From NCBI RefSeq assembly GCF_009914755.1, contig NC_060928.1: a stretch of DNA of 64,000 nucleotides; one strand, given 5' to 3'. Of this stretch, positions 55,331-64,000 are shown one piece after another. The notes below the pieces were generated by a model. The model worked only from the letters and a program-made list of their open reading frames with translations. It did no database searches and was not told the DNA's origin. Source of the DNA: the human T2T-CHM13v2.0 reference genome, Homo sapiens. The position numbers were made by a program, and so were the translations under genes. Position 1 is the stretch's first letter. Every line of letters begins with the position of its first letter.

Positions 55331-58300
55331 GCATAGGGTGTGGTCTCGGTTTACCAGAGCAGGGCTTTAGTGTGGGAGCCAGTGAATTAAAATACTAAGA
55401 AGGGGTTGGGTTGCCGATGTCTAGAGTTCCCAGATTTGCACATTTGTATTTGCTTCTACGTTTGTGAAAGTCTTTGAAAATGAAGGAGCTGTGCAAAATA
55501 GCGCTTTATACACATGAAGCTAGGTGCGTGCCTGGACGATGACTTCAAGTCTGCGGCACTGAAACAGATGTAGGAAAGGATAGTTCCATGAACCATGTGT
55601 AACATGCTCAGGGTATGGATTCTGGATGGCATCAAAGAAAGCAAAGGCAAATAAGCCTTTTTCATGAGACAGGAAATAAATGTCAGCAAGCTTTAGAAAC
55701 GGATTGTAGAGTTTTCAAAAATTATTTGTGAATCGTATTGCCCAAAATATTGAACTGTTAGCTAGCAGATACTGTATCTAGTCAAAAATTTGGGAATTGT
55801 GGTAAAACATATGATGTGAGCAGATTTTATGGGGGTTATTTATTTGCTTGTTTTTTGTTTGTTTGTTTGTTTTGTTTTAGGGATTTGTTTTGTTTTTATT
55901 AGTGGATTTCTCAGGACTCATGGTTTTGGCCTTATGAATCTACAAAAGAGGACTTACATGACATCCTTTCTCTTAACGCCACTGGACGCTAACACATTTG
56001 ATTACAAAAAAAAAAACTTTAAAGAATTAGTGTTTCTTGGTAAACATAATAGTGGGATGCCTCCCGCTTGTTACGGAAGAGCAGGTGTAGCCTTGGTATT
56101 GGGAGACACCAACAAAGCTTAAATAATCAATCTTTATATTTACCTTGAAAATCTTCATATATGGTTTGAGACATTATCTTTACATTTTAGGGTGATATTT
56201 AATTTATTACCATTATGCCCAGTTAAAAAATTCAACCAATTCCACAAAACTGTTTAAATAGCAACTATTTTAAAATACTAGAATTTCACTAGAACCTGGT
56301 TTCATATTGGTTAAAATCCAATACTCACCTGGCAAACAAATACTGTATTTAGGGTAAGGTTAGTCTTTGAGTTAGTAGTTAGTCTGTGCTTTTTTCATTT
56401 TTTTTTTTTTTTTAAATATCGTGCTATATGCAGATACCAAGATTTCTCTTGAAAAGGAGGCATTCCATATTGCAGAGAAAAACATTTAATTGTCCAGTTA
56501 AGCATGTCAGCTTAATCACAGGAATTTGTCATGGTTTAAAAAATTAAGCTATTTGAAAATTACTGAAACAGAATAATTTGGCATATCAGTGTACAGCCCC
56601 TATTCTTAAAAAGGCTTGTTGCTTCTCATTACTTAACCTGAAATTTTAAAATCAATTTGGTGCTACTGAAAATAAATATGGAATCCCTTTCATTATTTAT
56701 ATTGGAACTCTCTTTCATCAGCAGTTATACATATTTATACTAAATACTAAGAGATTACCTTGCAGCTACAAAGTTTTAAAGTGTTCTTTGACTTAAAAAA
56801 TATTATGTCAATGTAGTTTATGATAAAAATATTTATTCTAATTTTAATGTTTAGTACATTTATTTTAGAGGTGGCACTATCCATTTACAGGATCCTTATC
56901 CATGTTTATCCATATCAATTCAGTTTTATGAATATTCATTAATTGTTCACAAAAAGTATTAAATACGGCATGTAGCATTAGGCAGTATTAATAATGCATG
57001 CAGTATTAGAGTATCTATTAATATTTTTGAGACTAACTTAGCTATTTCAAATGATTTTAGATACAGGCAGTGTTCCAACTGACATAAAATTGGAATTCTC
57101 CCAATAAAAGAGAGACTGCAAATCTACTTAGCTAATTAAAGAAGCTTATGTTAGGCAGCAGGTTCAATTCAAAAGACTGAGGATCACACCAATATTTTAA
57201 AAATCATAATGTATAATTTAGAGGTCTACGTTTTGTTTCCACACAAAATTTTCAGTATATAAATTGCTTTAGTTAGAATATTGCCACTTTAGACTTTGAG
57301 GTTATTTGCCATGCAAGGAAAAATTAGTAAAACTTTCAAAGTTACGTATAATTGGACACTTTACATTCTGTTTCTTATATGTTTGAATTAAGTCTTTTCT
57401 TTGTTAGCTAATCATCAAAGATCACCATGTCTCTATCTATAATGTGATTACCATGAATTAGTTCAGAACCTTCACCCAAATAGTGACTGGGGCTAAGGTA
57501 AGAAGGGCAGTAAATGAGATGAGGGTGGAGCTTCAGTGTCTTCATTTAGGAGACTTCAAGAAAGGACAGAGAATAATTTCACCTTCCTAGGTACTTTGTA
57601 ACAAGGTACAGATTTTCATGTCTGTCACATGTATATATTAATTTCTACCAAAGGATATGACACATATGCAAATTATCCTATTCACATATGTTTATATCTC
57701 ACATTCGTATTTGCTGAAATAATTATGCTTACTTTTAGAATTTCAACCAGAACTATTTACTTCATAAACTGAGATAATTGAAAATTGTGACAAAAATAAC
57801 CTCAAATCTTTTTATTACGTAAGCTAATTAAACCAGATATAAACTTAATTTGTTAAAAAAAAAAGCAAAGAAAAATATGCTTGCCTTTTCAATCAAGTTA
57901 TTCTCTCGCTTGCTAATCTGGAAATGTGAGCATCCACAAAGGGCATTTTCCTCATTATCACAGATCCACCAGGTATACCACACAGGGCTGGGGCACTTGG
58001 CTGGCACAGGATGGCCAAGCCTCTGAAGAGTCTTTTCCTGTTTTTCTGGTAGTGATGTATGAAGGTTAATGGGTTTTGGTCAGAAGTACTTAAAGCAATT
58101 TAAAAAAATTACATTTCAAATATCCCACCTGACCTATTAGTTGTCCTATTAGACCTGAAGTAATGAGAATAAAAACTGGAAGTCATAACCCAGCTCCCAG
58201 CAGTTGCCAGGTGTGATGCTGTTCTAGAAAGAAATCTTTAAAAGCCTCCAGCATGAGACAATAATACCACCTGCCTAGAAACTCTTAATGATGTAGAAAC

Positions 58301-59249
58301 TGCAGCAGAAAAACAAAAGCAAAATTACAAAGGCATTTATTCTTGGTTCCATTTTTAAAAAGATAGTCTGTGGCTGATTTGGTGTGAGAACCCTTGTTAA
58401 ATCTTCAATATCAACCCTACTTTAAGTCTGCGTTACAACCACATTAATGGGATGATAGGGAATCTATTCAGTTTCATGAAGTAGACATTTTGTAATTGCA
58501 TGCTGTAATTATATTGAACTGTATCTTTTAAAAGCTTGAGCCTTCTTATTAAAAACCATTTTTCTCATTGCCTTCTTTGCAAGCTTTATTTGCAAAGTTA
58601 AGTTATCATTACCTGACTTAAAAAGCAACAGCTAGCAAGATGTAGCCTTTAAGTAACTAAGAGTCAATCGATCAGTTAAAACTAATAAATAGCCCTAGAT
58701 TCATGGCCCTGGTCCAGAAGTGAGATAATCAATGAAAAGTGGGAAATGTATTAGGATAATGTATTTGTTGTCAAATCATATGTCTACATGTGCATATACC
58801 AATAGAAAATCATGGTATCAAGTAAGTTCTTCAATGTAGACAAATCTACATCAAAATTTGTAGAAGTAAGCTGTTTATAAGGCTGATGGCCATTTTACAA
58901 TATTTTTCTATGTAACAATTTCTACATGGTATGAAATATGCAAGGTTCAGAAGTGATTTGATTACTTTTCAATTCTGAATAAAATACATGAGTAGTGTTC
59001 TCATACTCTCTTTTGGAAAATTCAGTATTTTGATAAAAAAAACCAGAGAAAATATGACAGTGTACTATTGTGTCATGGCAACAGAAATGTAACACAGAGT
59101 CATTGGAACATGCCCTCTCAACAAACACAATGAGGTCGATCCCCTCTGCAGTTGTAATTATCCATGCTCTGTCACCAAGAGAGAGAAACTGTCACTCTGT
59201 GGGACATAACTGTATACACATACGCTCACACAAACATGTACTGATCTAA

Positions 59250-59700
59250 TTTTTAATATACTGTACAGTGTATGCTCTAATTTGCTTTTTTTCACTTTCC
59301 AATATATTGTGTATACTGTTTCATCTAATTTGATCTTCCTTACTTATGAGATTCTTTTCCATTACATATTTTACACGACCATATTTTATTCAGTGGTTCT
59401 TGTGGATATTTTGCTATTTTAAAATGTTCTCTAGTGGAAATCTGAGTACACGTATCTTTATATATTTAGAATAATAATTAAGTAGATTTCTACAAGTGGA
59501 GTTACCTGGTCAAATAATATGCACGTTTTCAAGGTGATGTGGGTGAGTAGTGTCAGATTGTTCTCCAAGTAGTGTGACTCTTCTCATTGAAGTTCACACT
59601 TACGGTGGATGTGAGTGCTACTTTCCCAATATCTTTGACAACACTAGATATTAAAAGATATTTTATAACAGATCTGGGCTATAGGACACTTGGCCTACTG
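59250..59700 (-). mobile_element. L1ME-type 3' fragment
   Basis: ttgcttttttcact ... tagatttctacaagtggagttacctggtcaaa ... gtcagattgttctcc ... tttcccaatatctttgacaacact. Confidence 0.65.
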
Positions 59701-60609
59701 TTGTTATTATCTGAATCATAGACTTTGAAATTTTCTTGTTTCCGTTTATGTACATAGAATTGTTGCTCAATGCATTTTAATTAAAAAATAATTCTCGAAC
59801 ATAATTGTATTTCTGAGAATATATTATTAATGACATATTCAGGTATAAGGTGGAAGTTTTCCAAACATAGAAGAAATTTTTATGTATTAAAGAAATACAA
59901 TGGACAAGGAGAAAATTTAAATATTGAGGAACAGTATAGCTTTTAAAATCCAAACACAGAATGATACAAAAACTCTGAAAGAGAGTGTAGGAGTGCTAAG
60001 TGGAGTCGGTGAAAGGAAAACACAGAGGAAAGCTTTTCAGAGAGACATATTCAATATATTCTAAATAGTGTTTCCCTGTAGGAAATCACATTAAAATTTA
60101 TATGACTTTGGAAAGCAGAAAATGGGATTAACTCTCCCTCCCTCCTTTTCATAGATCTTGGATGCTGGGACCACAGAGATAATTAAATTAGCTCTCCTTG
60201 GTTTATTTATTTTTAATGCAAAAAAATGCACATGAAACAAGCATTAATTACCTTGAATTTGTACTATGATCCTTTTTTCTACAAACTTAGAGAACCTCTA
60301 GTTACTCATGTTTATTTCCCAGCAATTCACATGGCATAATTATCAGTGGAATATATGTTAGAAAGGTGTTGCCCCCTGTAAGGTGCTCACACAGAACCAA
60401 ACCCTGGCCTCCTGAGAGCCAGTTGTCTCTTCACTGGACTCTATTGAACTCCACTCTGCAAAATATTCTACCAGAAAAGCAGTGGAAGAGTGTTGGTGTG
60501 GAAAAATCGATGAAGAATGGACATTGGTGTCAAACAGACTTGTTTTACGTTGGCTATTTAAAAATGTTCAGAAGGAAATTCTTAACTGCCCGTGTGTGAT
60601 ATGTGTGTT

Positions 60610-60760
60610 CTAATCACCACATGACCCTGAGCAAGCCTCCGTTTCTTACATATAAAATGGGGAGAAAAATAGGCACAGTTCAAAGGTTTACATAATGAAG
60701 AGGGTTGATGAATCTGCTTAACACAGCATCTTGCACATGGCAGGTTCTCATGTATTAATA
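60610..60760 (+). mobile_element. MIR
   Basis: tgaccctgagcaagcctccgtttcttacatataaaatgggg ... gcttaacacagcatcttgcacatggcagg. Confidence 0.7.
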
Positions 60761-60762
60761 CA

Positions 60763-61112
60763 TGTCTTAGTCCATGTAAGCTGCTATCACAAAATTGCCA
60801 TTGACTGGGTGGCTTATAAATGGCAAACATATATTTCTTACAGTTCTTGAGTCTGCACAGTCCAAGATCAAGGTGACAGCAGACTTGGTGTCTAGCGAAG
60901 GCCCATCTCCTGGTTCTCAGAGGGCCCTCTTCTTGCTGTGTTTTCACATGTCAGAAGGGACAAGAGAGCTCTCTGGGATCTCCTTTATAAAGGCACTAAT
61001 CCCATTCATGAAGGCTGTTCCCTTGCCAAAGGCCCCGCCTCCAGATACTTTCACATTGGGGATTAGTTTTCAACATATGAATTGCAGGGGACACAAACAT
61101 TAAACTTAAACA
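60763..61112 (-). mobile_element. MLT1A0 (MaLR) solo LTR
   Basis: tgtcttagtcc ... gactgggtggcttataaa ... tccaagatcaagg ... ggcactaatcccattcatga ... caacatatgaatt...gacacaaacatt. Confidence 0.92.
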
Positions 61113-62251
61113 CAAATTTTAAATGTTTTTCTCCAACTCTGACCTTTCCATAAGCTTCAGCTTTGTATTTCCACCTCACTGTCTCAAATTCAGGACGTAA
61201 ATTTTCAACTTTACCAGAAACCAACTTACTTCGGTTTGCGTTTTATCTGTGACTTTTGTTTTTTGCCATTCGACTAAAAGCAATTTAATTTTGCCCCCTT
61301 ATCATTTTCCTCACATTGAGTTAATACACAAATGCTTTGGGGACTTGTGATCTTTAAATATGCTTTTCTTGTTTTCATATTTATGTAGTTATAACTTCAT
61401 CTTATTTTTGTAATTCATAGATTTCTATCAAATCTCGTTCACTGATCCATTAATTCTGCAAACATTTATTAAGCATATATTGTGCATCGGATTGGTCCTT
61501 CTACATAAGTTGGTGCTATCATTTTGAGTGTAGGTGATAACTCTCAAATTTTAAGGTTCAAAAGAATACCTGTAGTTACCCCCAGTCTCCTTCAAATAAA
61601 TTGCTACTTCCAAATACACATAGGGAAAAGGGAGCTATTTCATTGCGGGGAATTGTTCTTTTTCTTCTATGAAAGTGTGGTTCCCAGATGTAGTGAGATT
61701 GCACTTAGAATTTTGCTCATCACCCTGTACAAGAAAAGGAAAATTTCAGAAAAATAGAAAAGAAACATCAGTGGAATAACTTGATATGTTTTTGATTACA
61801 CAATAATGAAACCTGGGCAAGGAGAGAGGTAGAATTACAGGCAATATTCTCAGCAAGCGGCTCTGTGGCTCTGTCCTTCTTTAAATGATGGGGAATTTCA
61901 CGCCATCACAGACAATGCCATTTGGTTTCAAGAGGCAGCTATCATTGGAGATTCCATGTTTTAATCTTTTTGATGAAATAAGTATGTGTAATTCAGTTTC
62001 TGATGCTGTATTCCAAAAATTTTAAGATAACTCTTGAGTTGGTTTTTACAAGATTTTTACTTTTACTATAATTCCACAGGTTCTCTTTCTGTTTTGCTAC
62101 AAGGGCTGGAATATAGAAAAATGTGATTTATGTAGAAATCTCCTTGGCATTGGCAGCATAATCCTCTCTTGAGTTAATGAATCAATCCTACTTTGTTTCT
62201 AGTGACTTATTACAGGGTCATTTTACATCTGTCCAGTGGCATAGTCTAAAT

Positions 62252-62412
62252 CAATGGTTCCCAAATGTTGGTGTGAAGAATCTCTTGGAAAGGTTGTTAT
62301 AAAGATGGATTTGTAGGTCCCTTTCCAAACTCTGTAAACATGACTTCACAGGCATGTACACTGATATTTTTAACTGGTGGTCTTAATGAACTCCAATTTT
62401 GAAAATGCTATG
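62252..62412. mobile_element. MER5-family hAT-Charlie fragment
   Basis: caatggttcccaaa...gaatctcttgga ... aattttgaaaatgctatg termini. Confidence 0.55.
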
Positions 62413-62631
62413 AAAGATTCATCAAGATTGTTTTCCCAACAGAACAACCTGCTTTGCTGATTGATACGGTGTTTATAGACTTGTTAAAAGTTGCTAGGTC
62501 ATTTCTAGGAAAGAAGGATATTTCAGTTATAATTTTTAAAAACTCTTATAATTTAAAAGCATGGCAGTTTATGAGTTAATAAAATGGTTGAACTTGTTTC
62601 AGAATCTGTTCTTTATATTTCACTTATTTAA

Positions 62632-62991
<360 letters not shown>

Positions 62992-64000
62992 GTAAATAAA
63001 CTTTTTAAGTAAATACAGTTAATTAGGATTTCAGACAAATTACCAACCTCAAGCAACTGACCCATTCTTTCAGGAAAAAAGTCTGGGATATAATAAATAC
63101 TTTTCAGGTAAAATGTCAGGGATATATTAAATATTACTGATTGGCTAGGGAACAAAAATTAGGCAATAAAAGACTTAGGGCACTTGGCATATAAGCATAT
63201 GAGAAATTTAAAATAAATATTCAAGACTGTGGCTAACATGCTTTTTCCTAGAGGGAGAAGGGAGGTCTCAGGTGCAGAACGTGAAACCAATCCACTGTTT
63301 AAGTGATTTTAGCAGAAGACATCAAATGCATTTTATTGGGGGAAGTCTAACATAATTACTCAATCAAGAATATGAAAATGAGGGATTATATGCTGACAGA
63401 ATAGCCATTCAATACATCCACCAGGAAAGTAAATGGCAAAAAAATATTTTGTGTGAATTATTGAACACTTGATGTCAGGGCCAGTCTCAGTAAAACGGAT
63501 GAATAAAGGAAATGCATTGAGAGAAAGTTAGAAATGTAATTGGTATTGAAAGAAGGATTTTTTAAACTTAGTATCTGATTGGCTTAAAGCTCTGTTATTA
63601 AACAATAGAATTTAAAGAGTCTATTGGGGGCTAACAGCAAAAGTATTTCTGAAACTGATTATTAGTTATTCAAAAATTACTGTGAAGAGGCCTCGCTTTA
63701 GATTTAGGCTGATTTGATGGCCACCCCACTGAGAACTACATGTAGAGTAAGCACTAGAAGGTGCAGTAAAGAGAGAAAAGCACTAGAAGGTGGAGTATGG
63801 AAGGCAAGGAGCCTTGGAAAGTAGGAAGAGAGAGAGAACGTTGCCTGGAGTGACCTCTTAGGAGAGAATCAGGAAGAAGCCTCACCACAGACACAGCAAG
63901 GCAAAAGAGTTTGATTATGGTCTCATAGAGAAAGTTCAGAAAGTTGTCATTAGCATTGTTAACATGGCTTACTGCTGATTCAAGAAAAATGGTAGAGTAA

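Noticed and set aside
55005-55334. Repetitive ORFs or a CRISPR-like array
   Set aside because: Contiguous 49-bp tandem units with no unique spacers and no cas genes; the period is not a multiple of three, so the peptides are frame-cycling artefacts.

Overview
AT-rich primate genomic DNA, almost certainly human because it carries an AluYb8. It looks like a large intron or intergenic region: I found no host protein-coding exon, RNA gene, CpG island or CRISPR array. The ORF track is explained by Alu, L1, LTR and microsatellite sequence or by chance. Repeats include about 16 Alu/FLAM/FRAM copies, L1PA3/L1PA4/L1PA16 and older L1M fragments, a near full-length Tigger1, solo LTRs (LTR16, MLT1A0 x2, MLT1F, an LTR1/LTR27-group ERV1 LTR), MIR/L2/MER5 remnants, microsatellites and a 49-bp VNTR. 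Subfamily names come from recalled consensus diagnostics, not a database search. Main unexplained signals: (1) a decayed but still frame-coherent L1-clade ORF2 fossil at ~3.9-4.7 kb that resembles non-mammalian vertebrate L1s and is absent from the ORF track; (2) a mosaic of direct and inverted duplications at 32.9-34.8 kb, plus smaller template-switch scars at 11.3-11.9, 45.9-46.4 and 54.1-54.2 kb; (3) several minus-strand splice-site pairs that may mark non-coding exons.
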